Source of the DNA: Candidatus Gemmiger stercoravium
GTDB taxonomy: Bacteria; Bacillota; Clostridia; Oscillospirales; Ruminococcaceae
Direction of reading: 5' to 3'
Assembly: GCA_019119835.1 (NCBI GenBank)
Contig: DWWE01000094.1
Coordinates: forward strand, 188 to 64,187
DNA: 64,000 nt
A program made the translations under genes and the position numbers. This document shows, one piece after another, positions 15,171 through 24,755 of this stretch; within the stretch, counting starts at the first letter, position 1; each line of letters starts with the position of its first letter. The notes beneath the pieces are model-generated. The model was not told the DNA's origin. It saw only the letters and a list, made by a program, of their open reading frames with translations, and did not search any database.

Positions 15171-16346
15171 TCATGTCTGGCCGTCTCCCCGGCCTTCCGG
15201 CAGCGGCGCCAGCGGGCCGGGTGTTGTGATATCGGCCAGGAACACATAGCGCACCGTGCATCTCACAGCCTCTCCGTCGCTCTGCGTATGGCAGTCCTCC
15301 TCTTCCAGCCGGGCGTCCGGGAACTCCGCCAGCAGCTGTTGGCGACAGCTGCGGCGCGCCAGCGCCGCAGCCGCCTTTTCCGAATAGACCAGCTCGCGCT
15401 CTGCCTTTTCCCAGGTCTCAGTCCGTCTGGCACAGGCCGGAAGGGCGATCTGCCCCAGCCGAAGCGGCTGCCAGTCCACCGTTTGCAGATTATCGGCAGC
15501 GGGCTCCTGCGTCCCGGCGGCCAGCGTCTGTCCCAGCAGGTACCACTCCGTCTGTTGGCTGTGCGCCCCCGTAAGCATCCGGACGGTCTGCCGCAGACGC
15601 CACCGGGCGGTGTAGGTCTTTTCGACCCGGGCCACCACCCGCCCGGCCGCTCCCTGTACCACCGGGTCCCCCGACCGGTCCGCCTTCTGCCCGTTGACAA
15701 GGAGCTGCCCGACCGCCACATACTGCCCCGGCTGGACCGCCGTGAAGCCGCCCTCCAGTTCAACGGCGACCACCTGCCCTCCCGCGGCGGCGTACAGCGC
15801 CCCGGGCTCGGCCGGCTGCTGCACCGTTTGGATCTCGCTGCGGGTGTGCTCCAGCACCAACCGCCCGTCCAGGAAATTCAGGCTGATCCAGCCCTGGGTA
15901 TCCAGCTGGCGGGTCAGCGCCTGTTGGGCGGTGCGCAGCTGCGCCTCGCTCAGCCGTGCGCCTTCCCAGATCCCCTGTTCCGCCAACGCCAGGCGGAAAG
16001 CCTGCGCCTCCTCCGGTTCCAGGGCGGAAAAGTCAATGCTCCATACATATCGCGTCAAAACCAGCTGCAGCACAAGGAACAAGACCAGCCCGGCGATCAG
16101 CCCGGGGCGGCGGGCAACGCCCTCCAGCCGGCGGCCGGGCCCCGCCCGATCCACCAGTTCCGGGGTCCATCCGCCCTGCCGGGCCAGGCCCTGGAATCGG
16201 GCCCACTCATGGCCGCTGATCCGGGCCTGATAGCCGTCCCCGGTGCAGTGGACGCGGGAAAGATGGATGCCGGCGCGTACCGAGGCCGACAACAGGCCGC
16301 GGGCGCGGGGGCCGCGGATTCGGACATCCAGCCGGTCGGCTGCCAT
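15171..16346 (-). CDS. yqfD: Sporulation protein YqfD family
   Basis: Central hydrophobic segment, YVWSIDF, WISLNF.G, and LYAAAGGQV...G..V.PGQYV..GQLLV. ATG overlaps the yqfC stop (TAATG). Confidence 0.75.
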   Translation of the reverse strand: MAADRLDVRIRGPRARGLLSASVRAGIHLSRVHCTGDGYQARISGHEWARFQGLARQGGWTPELVDRAGPGRRLEGVARRPGLIAGLVLFLVLQLVLTRYVWSIDFSALEPEEAQAFRLALAEQGIWEGARLSEAQLRTAQQALTRQLDTQGWISLNFLDGRLVLEHTRSEIQTVQQPAEPGALYAAAGGQVVAVELEGGFTAVQPGQYVAVGQLLVNGQKADRSGDPVVQGAAGRVVARVEKTYTARWRLRQTVRMLTGAHSQQTEWYLLGQTLAAGTQEPAADNLQTVDWQPLRLGQIALPACARRTETWEKAERELVYSEKAAAALARRSCRQQLLAEFPDARLEEEDCHTQSDGEAVRCTVRYVFLADITTPGPLAPLPEGRGDGQT

Positions 16347-16669
16347 TATGTTTTTGTGCCGCATACCTCCATCCCCTTCCATTTTCCGGCAAACTCGATG
16401 CGCTGGATCTGACCGGATGCGATCAGCCGGCGATTGCTCAGGGATTCTATTTGCAGGGCATCCCCATACAATGTAATGATCGCAGACCCCATATCCAGGC
16501 ACAGCTTCTGGGGGGTAAAGTCCAGGACCCGCCGGCAGCCGTCGGTAACAACCCGGCCGCCCCGCACCACCAGGTCCGGCAGCCGGTAAAATCCGGGTGC
16601 CGGCTGGCCGAACAGCCGGACCGGGGCCTGCTTTTCGGTTTTCCGCCTGGATGTTCTCTTCATCCCCAT
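16346..16669 (-). CDS. YabP/YqfC family sporulation protein
   Basis: VVTDGCRRVLDFTPQKLCLDMG...ITLYGDALQIESL...IASGQIQRIEF; directly upstream of yqfD. Confidence 0.8.
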   Translation of the reverse strand: MGMKRTSRRKTEKQAPVRLFGQPAPGFYRLPDLVVRGGRVVTDGCRRVLDFTPQKLCLDMGSAIITLYGDALQIESLSNRRLIASGQIQRIEFAGKWKGMEVCGTKT

Positions 16670-16714
16670 CCCCCCTCTCTGGCTGCGTCACCCCAAATAT
16701 ATAGCAAAGAAGGC

Positions 16715-17782
16715 ATGGTTATGATTCAGCCCCGCCATTTCCGGGCCGCCGTCGCCCTGTGTCTGGGCCTTTTGGTGCTGACCGACCCCGAAAGCGCCGC
16801 CGAAGGAGCCCGCCAGGGTCTTGCCGTCTGCCTGCAGACGGTTCTGCCGGCCCTCTTCCCCTTTTTTGTCCTCTGCGGTTGGCTGACGGCGAATCTGTCC
16901 GCCCGCGGTTTCGCCGCGGCGCTGGGCACAGCCTGGCTGGGCGGGTATGCGGTCTGTGCGCAAAACCTTGCTGCCCTGCAAAAACGGCAGGCTCTCACCC
17001 CCAGGCAGGCCCAGCTGCTGCTCACGGCCGGGTGCTGTTCCAGTCCCGGCTTCGTCATCGGCTGTGTCGGCGGGCAGCTGCTGGGGTCGGTTCGGCTGGG
17101 GGTGTTCCTGTACGGCCTGCAGCTGGCCGCCAACCTGCTGTGCGCCGCCGCGGTCGCACTGTGGCTGCGTCCGGAAAAAGCCCCGCCCCGTCAGGTCCCC
17201 CCGGCGATGACGCCGCCTCGGGCCGGGGGCGGCAGCTTTTCGGCAGCGCTGGACCAGGCGGTGAACAGCTGCCTGGCTGTGTGCGGCTGCGTTCTTTTCT
17301 TTCGCATTGTGTACTGTACCCTCGCCCCGCTGCTGCCGGCCGGGCTGCGGCCCTTCGTCAGCGCCTTGCTGGAGATCAGCGCCGGCTGCACTGATTTCGC
17401 CGCCCGCGGCGGCGCGGCGGCGTTGTACGGCTGCTGCCTGTGTTTGAGCGTTCTGGGGCTTTCGGTCTTTGTGCAGCTGCACACCTTTTTGGGTGATGCC
17501 ATTCGCTGGGACTGCTTTGTCCTGACCCGGCTGCTGCATGCGGGGATCTTTCTGGGTACGGTCCGCCTTCTGGTTCCCTTTTTGCCGGGCAGCGCCGCCG
17601 TCTATTCCAGCCTGGCGCCGCGGGTCATCCCGATGAACCGACTGCCGCCGGACACGGCGGTCCTCATCTTTCTGTTTTTCTGTGCCGTTCTTTACAAAGG
17701 TCGGGAAAAACTCTATAATAAAAGGCAGAAATGCCTGCATCGACAGGCACACTTTTTTGTGGGGCGAAATCTGCCGAAGTAA
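16715..17782 (+). CDS. Sporulation integral membrane protein, YlbJ-like
   Basis: AAEGARQGLAVCLQTVLPALFPFFVL, GGY, CCSSPGFVIG, LLEISAG and LGLSV..Q motifs. The 3' end may overrun a downstream promoter. Confidence 0.75.
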   Translation: MVMIQPRHFRAAVALCLGLLVLTDPESAAEGARQGLAVCLQTVLPALFPFFVLCGWLTANLSARGFAAALGTAWLGGYAVCAQNLAALQKRQALTPRQAQLLLTAGCCSSPGFVIGCVGGQLLGSVRLGVFLYGLQLAANLLCAAAVALWLRPEKAPPRQVPPAMTPPRAGGGSFSAALDQAVNSCLAVCGCVLFFRIVYCTLAPLLPAGLRPFVSALLEISAGCTDFAARGGAAALYGCCLCLSVLGLSVFVQLHTFLGDAIRWDCFVLTRLLHAGIFLGTVRLLVPFLPGSAAVYSSLAPRVIPMNRLPPDTAVLIFLFFCAVLYKGREKLYNKRQKCLHRQAHFFVGRNLPK

Positions 17783-17920
17783 AAAAGGAGTTTGCGCGGC
17801 TTTGCCTCGGCAGGCCCACTTCTTTCAAAGGGCAAAGGGCAAACGGCCGCCCACCCAGGCCCCGAAATGACCGATACGCAGCGCGCCCCGGCATGGAAAC
17901 GGGTGCAGGAGGGAATGCTA

Positions 17921-18142
17921 ATGTTCAAAAAGCCGATGTACGGCAGCAAAATCAGCCCGGCCTGCGCCTACTGCGCCCACGGGAGCCCGGCGGCGGACAA
18001 CCGCATGGTCCTGTGCAAGCAGCGGGGCGTTGTTTCCCCCTACTATTGCTGCAAAAAGTTTGTCTATGACCCGCTGATGCGCACACCGCGGCGCCAGGAG
18101 CTGCCCCACTTCGACCCCGGCGACTTCAGCCTGGAAGACTGA
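17921..18142 (+). CDS. Small Cys-rich hypothetical protein (73 aa)
   Basis: RBS GGAGG; CAYC...C...CC...FVYDPL pattern. Promoter TTTACA-17-TATAAT at 17691-17719. Confidence 0.7.
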   Translation: MFKKPMYGSKISPACAYCAHGSPAADNRMVLCKQRGVVSPYYCCKKFVYDPLMRTPRRQELPHFDPGDFSLED

Positions 18143-18179
18143 ACCGCCCCCGCACTTCCCAACAGACAGGAGAGAGAAC

Positions 18180-19106
18180 ATGCCAAAGCGTCCCCATCCC
18201 CCGATCATCCGCAAGCCTTTGCAGGAAGCATGGCGCAGCAAGCGCAGCGTGATGATCGTCTATTTCATCCTGCGCCTGTCGGTGCTGCTGGTCATGGTGG
18301 CCCAGGCGTTCAATGGAAACTTCGAAAACGTCTTCCTCTGTGTTTTGGTGCTGATCCTCTTCACCATCCCGACCTTTCTGGAGCAGCGCCTGTCCATAGA
18401 TCTGCCCAACACCCTGGAGATCATCATTCTGCTGTTCATCTATGCCGCCGAGATCCTGGGGGAGATCCGCGCCTTCTATGTCACCTTCCCCTACTGGGAC
18501 ACCATTCTCCACACGCTGAACGGGTTTCTCTGCGCGGCGGTCGGCTTCTCGCTGCTGGACCTGCTCAACCGGGAGGAGCGCGTCACCTTCAGCCTGTCTC
18601 CGCTGTATCTGGCGGTGGTCGCCTTCTGCTTTTCCATGACCATCGGCGTGCTGTGGGAATTTTTTGAATGTGTGATGGACCAGCTCTTTTACCTGGATAT
18701 GCAAAAGGACACCATCATCCGCGAAATCGGCAGCATCAACCTGGACCCCACCGGCGGCAACACGCCGATCCGGCTAAGGGACATCACCGATGTGATCGTG
18801 GTGCAGGGGTCCGGCGCCCAGACTTCGCTGGGGCTGGGCGGTTATCTGGACATCGGCCTGCTGGATACCATGGAAGATCTGTTCGTCAACTTTGTGGGGG
18901 CGTTCGTCTTTTCCATCATCGGCTATTTTTATGTTCGCAGCCGCGGGCAGAACAAGTTTGCCCGGCGTTTTATCCCCACCGTGCTGGATGCCGTGGAACC
19001 GGCGCAGAAAGCCCCCGGCCCGCAGCCGGAGAGCCTTCCTGCAAACGAACCGGCCCGCCCGGGGGAGGCACGCGGAGCTGCCAACAAAAAGGAGAGAGAC
19101 ACATGA
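18180..19106 (+). CDS. Conserved multi-pass membrane protein (DUF2238/YjdF-like motifs)
   Basis: Several TM helices with WDTILHTLNGF, GVLWEFFE and DTMEDLFVN motifs. Confidence 0.7.
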   Translation: MPKRPHPPIIRKPLQEAWRSKRSVMIVYFILRLSVLLVMVAQAFNGNFENVFLCVLVLILFTIPTFLEQRLSIDLPNTLEIIILLFIYAAEILGEIRAFYVTFPYWDTILHTLNGFLCAAVGFSLLDLLNREERVTFSLSPLYLAVVAFCFSMTIGVLWEFFECVMDQLFYLDMQKDTIIREIGSINLDPTGGNTPIRLRDITDVIVVQGSGAQTSLGLGGYLDIGLLDTMEDLFVNFVGAFVFSIIGYFYVRSRGQNKFARRFIPTVLDAVEPAQKAPGPQPESLPANEPARPGEARGAANKKERDT

Positions 19107-20116
19107 CGTATCAGCAAGTGATCCAGCAGGCACGCGGCCAGATGGGCCCCTGCAAGGCCTGCCCGGTCTGTGACGGCAAGGGCTGCCGGGGCACCATCCC
19201 CGGTCCCGGGGCCAAGGGCATCGGCGACACCGCCATCCGCAACTACAATGCCTGGCAGGCGGTCCGCCTGAACATGGACACCATCTGCGCATCCGGACAG
19301 CCCGATACCCGCTGCAGCCTGCTCGGGCAGCAGTTTTCCCTGCCCGTTTTTGCCGGCCCGGTGGGGGCGGTACAGCTGCATTACGGCCAGAAATACAACG
19401 ACATCGACTACAATGACATTCTGGTTCCCGCCTGCCGGGAAGCCGGCATCCTGGCGTTCACCGGCGACGGCGCCGACCCTGCGGTCATGGTGGCCGCCTG
19501 CGGTGCGGTGAAACAGTGCGGCGGGTTCGGCATTCCCACCGTCAAGCCTTGGGACGCCGCCACCATCGCCGAGAAGATGGCCCTGGTGCGAGATGCCCGG
19601 GCCCTGGCTGTGGCGATGGACATTGATGCGGCCGGACTGCCTTTCCTGAAAAGCCACGTCCCCCCTGCCGGCAGCAAGACGGTGGCCGAACTGAGGGAGA
19701 TCATCGCCGCGGCGGGCGTTCCCTTCCTGATCAAGGGGATCATGACGGTGCGCGGTGCGCAAAAGGCGCTGGAAGCCGGCGCGGCCGGGATCGTGGTGTC
19801 CAACCACGGCGGCCGTGTGCTGGACGGCACCCCCGCCACGGCCGAAGTGCTGCCCGAGATCGCGGCGGCGGTGGGCGGGCGCGCCCTTGTACTGGTGGAC
19901 GGGGGCATCCGCACCGGCCTGGATGTGTTCCGTGCGCTGGCGCTGGGGGCCGACGCTGTGCTGATCGCCCGGCCTTTCGTCACCGCCGTCTACGGTGCAG
20001 GCGCCGACGGCGTTCGCGCCTATGTGGCGCAGCTGCAGGCCGAGCTTGCGGATGCGATGTCCATGTGCGGCGCCCGCAGCCTGGCGGACATCAGCCGGGA
20101 TATGGTGCGGCTGTAA
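19103..20116 (+). CDS. FMN-dependent alpha-hydroxy-acid oxidizing protein
   Basis: PFLIKGI, VVSNHGGRVLD, VDGGIRTGLDV and ALGADAVLIARP. RBS AAGGAG; the start overlaps the upstream stop. Confidence 0.88.
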   Translation: MTYQQVIQQARGQMGPCKACPVCDGKGCRGTIPGPGAKGIGDTAIRNYNAWQAVRLNMDTICASGQPDTRCSLLGQQFSLPVFAGPVGAVQLHYGQKYNDIDYNDILVPACREAGILAFTGDGADPAVMVAACGAVKQCGGFGIPTVKPWDAATIAEKMALVRDARALAVAMDIDAAGLPFLKSHVPPAGSKTVAELREIIAAAGVPFLIKGIMTVRGAQKALEAGAAGIVVSNHGGRVLDGTPATAEVLPEIAAAVGGRALVLVDGGIRTGLDVFRALALGADAVLIARPFVTAVYGAGADGVRAYVAQLQAELADAMSMCGARSLADISRDMVRL

Positions 20117-20142
20117 CCCCTGCCCCCTTCATAATCGCATAC

Positions 20143-20185
20143 ATAAAGCGGGACGGCATAGCAACGCTATGCCGTCCCGCTTTAT
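20143..20185. terminator. Bidirectional terminator
   Basis: ATAAAGCGGGACGGCATAGC-AAC-GCTATGCCGTCCCGCTTTAT, a perfect 20-bp stem between convergent genes. Confidence 0.85.
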
Positions 20186-20219
20186 CTGTTTCCGGCTGCG
20201 CCGACCGAAGGTCGGACGC

Positions 20220-20873
20220 TCACTTTTTCTCGCCGAAGCGATACTCCGTTCCTTCGCGCAGGCGCTGGATGTTGGAGCGGTGCATGTAGATGACCATGGC
20301 CGCCATGATGACGCTGCACACGGCGATGTAGATGACGGTGGGCGCGTTGGCCCCCCGCCAGACCCAGTAGCAGATGGTCAGCACCGGATAGACCGCCGCA
20401 ATGATGATGCTGCCCAGCGACACGATGCGGGTGAAGGCAAACTCGATCAGGAAAATCACGAGCAGGGCCAGAAAGACCAGCGGCTGCAGCGCCAGGATAG
20501 CGCCGCCGCACACAAGAACCCCCTTGCCGCCCTTGAAGTGGAACCAGATGGGCTTTGTATGGCCGATCGCCGCAAAGATCGCCGCCAGATACGCACCGCA
20601 GGCCGGGTCCCACCCGGGGGCCAGCAGACCGAACACCCATTCCCCGATCAAAACCGCCGCCGCACCTTTTGCCACATCGCCGATGGCGGTGGCCGCCCCG
20701 GCCACCTTGCCGTAAGTACGCAGCATGTTGGTCATGCCGGCGCTGCCGCTGCCGTGGGTGCGCACATCATCGTGAAAGAACAGCTTCGAGATCAGGATAC
20801 CAAAAACCACACTGCCGCACAGATACCCTTCCAGAGCGGCAAGCAGGCTGGCCAATACCAGTTGGATCGACAT
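20220..20873 (-). CDS. plsY: Glycerol-3-phosphate 1-O-acyltransferase
   Basis: GSGSAGMTNMLR, GH..P.WF.FKGGKGV and HRSNIQRLREGTE; downstream of der. Confidence 0.92.
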   Translation of the reverse strand: MSIQLVLASLLAALEGYLCGSVVFGILISKLFFHDDVRTHGSGSAGMTNMLRTYGKVAGAATAIGDVAKGAAAVLIGEWVFGLLAPGWDPACGAYLAAIFAAIGHTKPIWFHFKGGKGVLVCGGAILALQPLVFLALLVIFLIEFAFTRIVSLGSIIIAAVYPVLTICYWVWRGANAPTVIYIAVCSVIMAAMVIYMHRSNIQRLREGTEYRFGEKK

Positions 20874-20894
20874 GATGATTCCTCCCTTGTTGTG

Positions 20895-22226
20895 TCAGCG
20901 TGCGGAGCCGTCCCCGTGTTCCCGCACCAGCATCCGGATGGGGGTGCCTGTCAGGCCGAAATTCTCCCGGATCTGATTTTCGATGTACCGCTGATACGAG
21001 AAATGGAACAGCGCCCGCTGGTTCACAAAGCACACGAATGTCGGCGGCCGGGTGGAACTCTGGGTGATGTAGAAGATCTTCAGCCGCTTGCCCTTGTCGG
21101 AGGGCGGCTGCACCCGGGCCGTGGCGCGGGCCAGCATCTCGTTCAGGGCGCCGGTGGGGATGCGGGTGCCGTTCTGGACATCCACATAATGGATCGTCTC
21201 GAACAGTTTATCAAGCCGCTGACCGGTTTTGGCGCTGATGAAAAGGATGGGCGCATAGGACATGAAGCTGAAGGATTCTTCCAGTTCCTTGCGCATCCGG
21301 TCCATGGTATAGCTGTCCTTTTCGACGGCGTCCCACTTGTTGACCGCAATGATGCAGGCTTTCCCCTGTTCGTGGGCGTAGCCGGCCACTTTGGAATCCT
21401 GCTCGGTAAAGCCGACGGTTGCGTCGATCATGATCACGCACACCCGGCTGCGCTCCACCGCAGCCAGGCTGCGCAGAACGCTGAACCGCTCGACCCCGCT
21501 TTCCACCTTGCCCTTTTTGCGCAGGCCGGCGGTGTCGGTAAAGATGAACTTGCCGTACTGGTTCTCCACCTCGGTGTCGATGGCGTCCCGCGTGGTGCCG
21601 GCCTCGTTGGCCACAATCAGCCGCTCTTCCCCGAGGATGCGGTTGATCAGGCTGGATTTGCCCACATTGGGCCGGCCGATCACCGCCACCGGGATGCGGT
21701 CGTCCTCTTCCTCGTCTTCCTCTTCAAACTGCAGGTGGGCGCATACGGCATCCAGCAGGTCGCCGGTTCCGTGCCCGTGTACGCCGGACACCGGGACCAG
21801 ATCCCCCAGCCCCAGGGCATAAAAATCATAGAGTTCCATGGGCGGTTCGCCGACGGCGTCGCATTTGTTGACCGCCAGCACCACCGGCTTGCCGCTGCGC
21901 ATCAGCATACCGGCGATCTCCCGGTCCTGGGGCGTCACGCCGGCCCGCAGGTCGGCCACCATGATGATGCAGTCGGCCGAGTCGATGGCGATTTGCGCCT
22001 GCTGGCGCATGTGCAAAAGCAGGCCGTCGTCAATATGCGGTTCAATGCCGCCGGTATCCACCAGAAGAAACTTATGCCCGCTCCACTCGCAGTCGCTGAA
22101 AATGCGGTCGCGGGTAACGCCAGGGGTGTCCTCCACGATCGCAATGCGCTGCCCCGTCAGCTTGTTGAAGATGGTGGATTTACCCACGTTGGGCCGGCCG
22201 ACAATGGCCACGATCGGTTTTGCCAT
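20895..22226 (-). CDS. der: Ribosome biogenesis GTPase Der (EngA)
   Basis: Two GTPase domains (GRPNVGKS twice, DTGG/DTAG, NKCD/NKWD) and a C-terminal KH-like domain. Confidence 0.97.
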   Translation of the reverse strand: MAKPIVAIVGRPNVGKSTIFNKLTGQRIAIVEDTPGVTRDRIFSDCEWSGHKFLLVDTGGIEPHIDDGLLLHMRQQAQIAIDSADCIIMVADLRAGVTPQDREIAGMLMRSGKPVVLAVNKCDAVGEPPMELYDFYALGLGDLVPVSGVHGHGTGDLLDAVCAHLQFEEEDEEEDDRIPVAVIGRPNVGKSSLINRILGEERLIVANEAGTTRDAIDTEVENQYGKFIFTDTAGLRKKGKVESGVERFSVLRSLAAVERSRVCVIMIDATVGFTEQDSKVAGYAHEQGKACIIAVNKWDAVEKDSYTMDRMRKELEESFSFMSYAPILFISAKTGQRLDKLFETIHYVDVQNGTRIPTGALNEMLARATARVQPPSDKGKRLKIFYITQSSTRPPTFVCFVNQRALFHFSYQRYIENQIRENFGLTGTPIRMLVREHGDGSAR

Positions 22227-22260
22227 GTGGTCAGGTCCTCCTTTCCTGGTACAGAGAGTG

Positions 22261-23598
22261 TTACCGGGGCGCCCCCGGTGCGTGTGTCTTCAAGATCCGG
22301 GTCCCCAGATAAGCGCGGCAGCAGCCGGCGCCGTCCGAAGGGATCACGACCACACGGCAGCCCAGCGCCTGTCCCAGCTGGGGCAGGGTCACATCGTCAA
22401 GGAAGCGGTCTTCCTCGTCCTGCAGCATCACCTGGGGCACCGCCAGCAGTCGGCTTTGCAGCTTGTCCCGGCACTGGTCGATGATGTCGGTGCCGGTCAC
22501 AAGGCCTGCCACGCTCACATTTCCGCCAAAGAAGCGGTTCTCGATCGGATGTACGGTGATCTTGACCTGGGGGAAGCGTTCGGTGGCGCGCCGGGCCATC
22601 GCCTCGATGAGCGGGGCGGCCAGCGTGCCGGTGACAACATCCAGCTTGCGGGGAATAACCAGCTGACGCGGCCGCTGCAGTTCCTCCAGAAAAGTGTCAT
22701 GGTAGCGCCGCCACATCCCGACGCCGTCCTCCAGCTGGGCAAAGTCGTCATAAAAATCGGCCGGCGGGATCGGCCGCCCTGCCGTCAGATACCATTCGTC
22801 GCTGGGGTAGACGATGCTGCGCCCGTACTGCTCGCGGCAGCGGCGGCTGTAGGATTCAAGGATGTCCAGCGTCTGCGCCGCGCTCTGCGCGTCGTAGGCG
22901 GTCAGCTTGAACAGCTTGTCCCGATAGTCGGTCAGGCCGGCGGGCACCACGGCGATGCTGCCGACCTGCGGGCTCAGCGCCAGCAGATCGTCCAACGTCC
23001 GGCGCAGTTCCGCCCCGTCGTTGACGCCGCGGCACAGCACCAGCTGGCAGTTCATTTCGATGCCGCCTTTGGCGAACACATCCAGATAGCGCAGCGTTTC
23101 GGCCGCCCGCTTGTTGGCCATCATCCGGACCCGGAGTTCCGGGTTGGTGGTGTGGACCGAAATGAAGATCGGGCTGATGTGCATCTTGACGATGCGCTCC
23201 ACCTCCCGGTCGCTGAGGTTGGTCATCGTGATGTAGTTGCCGTACAGGAAGGACAGCCGCTCATCATCATCCTTGAAATACAGCGGGTCCCGCATGCCCG
23301 GGGGAAGCTGATCGATGAAGCAGAACATGCAGTGGTTGTCACAGCTGTGCTTTTCGTCCGCCAGATAGGTCTTGAAATCGCAGCCGAAGGGCTCGTACTC
23401 GGCCTTTTCCACCTGCAGTGTGCGCTGGGTCCCCTGCTGGCAGATCGTCAGGGAAAAGCTGGCCGCAGCCGTATAAAACTGATAGTCCAGCGCATCCCCC
23501 AGCGGGTTGCCGTCGATGGAAAGCAGCCGACAGCCGGGTTCCAGCCCCAGGCGCTGGGCCACGGAACCCGGCTCGACAGTCTGCACGGTAAGCGCCAT
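22261..23598 (-). CDS. PDZ / radical SAM-like DUF512 protein
   Basis: N-terminal PDZ-like segment, CDNHCMFCFIDQLP, FKDDDERLSF.GNY.T and QLEDGVG. Confidence 0.88.
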   Translation of the reverse strand: MALTVQTVEPGSVAQRLGLEPGCRLLSIDGNPLGDALDYQFYTAAASFSLTICQQGTQRTLQVEKAEYEPFGCDFKTYLADEKHSCDNHCMFCFIDQLPPGMRDPLYFKDDDERLSFLYGNYITMTNLSDREVERIVKMHISPIFISVHTTNPELRVRMMANKRAAETLRYLDVFAKGGIEMNCQLVLCRGVNDGAELRRTLDDLLALSPQVGSIAVVPAGLTDYRDKLFKLTAYDAQSAAQTLDILESYSRRCREQYGRSIVYPSDEWYLTAGRPIPPADFYDDFAQLEDGVGMWRRYHDTFLEELQRPRQLVIPRKLDVVTGTLAAPLIEAMARRATERFPQVKITVHPIENRFFGGNVSVAGLVTGTDIIDQCRDKLQSRLLAVPQVMLQDEEDRFLDDVTLPQLGQALGCRVVVIPSDGAGCCRAYLGTRILKTHAPGAPR

Positions 23599-23768
23599 AG
23601 CGTTTTCTCCTTTCGGTATTCTGCCGGGGCATTCCTATGGATAGTATACCATGAAGCCGGAAAAAATGGTACCCCGGCCCGCACAAAAGCCCGGCCCGGC
23701 CGCCTTGGGGGCAAAGAAAAAAGAGAGGGCACAGCGGCCCCCTCCCTTTCTTTGATTGAAAACTCCGC

Positions 23769-23957
23769 TCAGGCTTCCTTGCTGACCTTCACGACTTCGC
23801 GGCCCTTGTAATAGCCGCATTTGCCACAAACCTGATGGGGCACCTTCAGCTCGCCGCACTGAGGACATTTCACCAGCGTAGGGGCTTCCAGCTTCCAGAC
23901 ATTGGAGCGGCGCTTGTCACGACGGGCTTTGGACTGTTTTCTCTTGGGTACTGCCAT
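23769..23957 (-). CDS. rpmF: 50S ribosomal protein L32 (Zn-ribbon form)
   Basis: MAVPKRKQSKARRDKRR..CPQCG..HQVCGKCGYY. Confidence 0.97.
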   Translation of the reverse strand: MAVPKRKQSKARRDKRRSNVWKLEAPTLVKCPQCGELKVPHQVCGKCGYYKGREVVKVSKEA

Positions 23958-23982
23958 TTTATAGCACCTCCTTGGTGAAATT

Positions 23983-24483
23983 TCAACTAAGCAGTTGTTT
24001 TAATATGCTAAGCCTCGCGTCCACAGGCGCGGAATTCTCCGCAGGGCGGCAAGTACATCCGTCCGCCTTCTTTTTCCCGCAGATGGGGCATAGGCCAAGG
24101 CAATCGGGGCTGCACAACAGCACCCGGGGAACTTCAAAGATCAGTTCCTGATACACAAGTTCCCGTACATCCAGGCATCCTTCGGCATCCATAGGCAATT
24201 CAAAATCCGGGTCGTCCAGGTCCCGCATCCGCACCAGATACTCCCGGGTAAAATCATAGGATTCCGTCACCGGGGCGAGGCAGCGGGCGCATTCCCCTTC
24301 CACCTGGGCCTGAACATGCAAAGACATCGCCGCGCCTTCCTCGGTCGGTTCGGCGGTGAATGTGCATTCTGCAGGCTGCAAAACGCGGAAATCGCCAAAC
24401 TCATCTTCCGAAAAAGTCACAGAAAACTGCGTCTTATAGGCTGTTTTTGCGTTTTGCAGGAAGTTTTTCAGATCAAATTGCAT
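23983..24483 (-). CDS. YceD/DUF177 family protein
   Basis: ECARCL and LCSPDCLGLCPICG..C.C...DARL motifs; upstream of rpmF. Confidence 0.9.
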   Translation of the reverse strand: MQFDLKNFLQNAKTAYKTQFSVTFSEDEFGDFRVLQPAECTFTAEPTEEGAAMSLHVQAQVEGECARCLAPVTESYDFTREYLVRMRDLDDPDFELPMDAEGCLDVRELVYQELIFEVPRVLLCSPDCLGLCPICGKKKADGCTCRPAENSAPVDARLSILKQLLS

Positions 24484-24755
24484 ACTTCACCTCAAAAGGT
24501 TGCCTATCTAGTATACACAAGATGCCCTGGCTTGTCAACAAAAATATTTGAAAAAGCGCAGCAATTTGCCGGTTTTTTTGAAATATTCTGCGCCATGCGC
24601 ACAAAACGGACGCAAAAGCCTTCCTTCCCTTGTATTATGACAGCCCGCCGCCCGGTTTGTCAAGCCTGTCCGCGCCGGTCCGGTAGACGCAGGTCCGGTT
24701 GTGTGCTATGATAAGGACAGGTTTTCCCCCACCGGGGCAAGGAGATGGACTGTAC

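Noticed and set aside
17800-17870. GGGCAAA repeats suggesting a c-di-GMP-I riboswitch
   Set aside because: The GACGCAAAGC and downstream conserved elements are missing.
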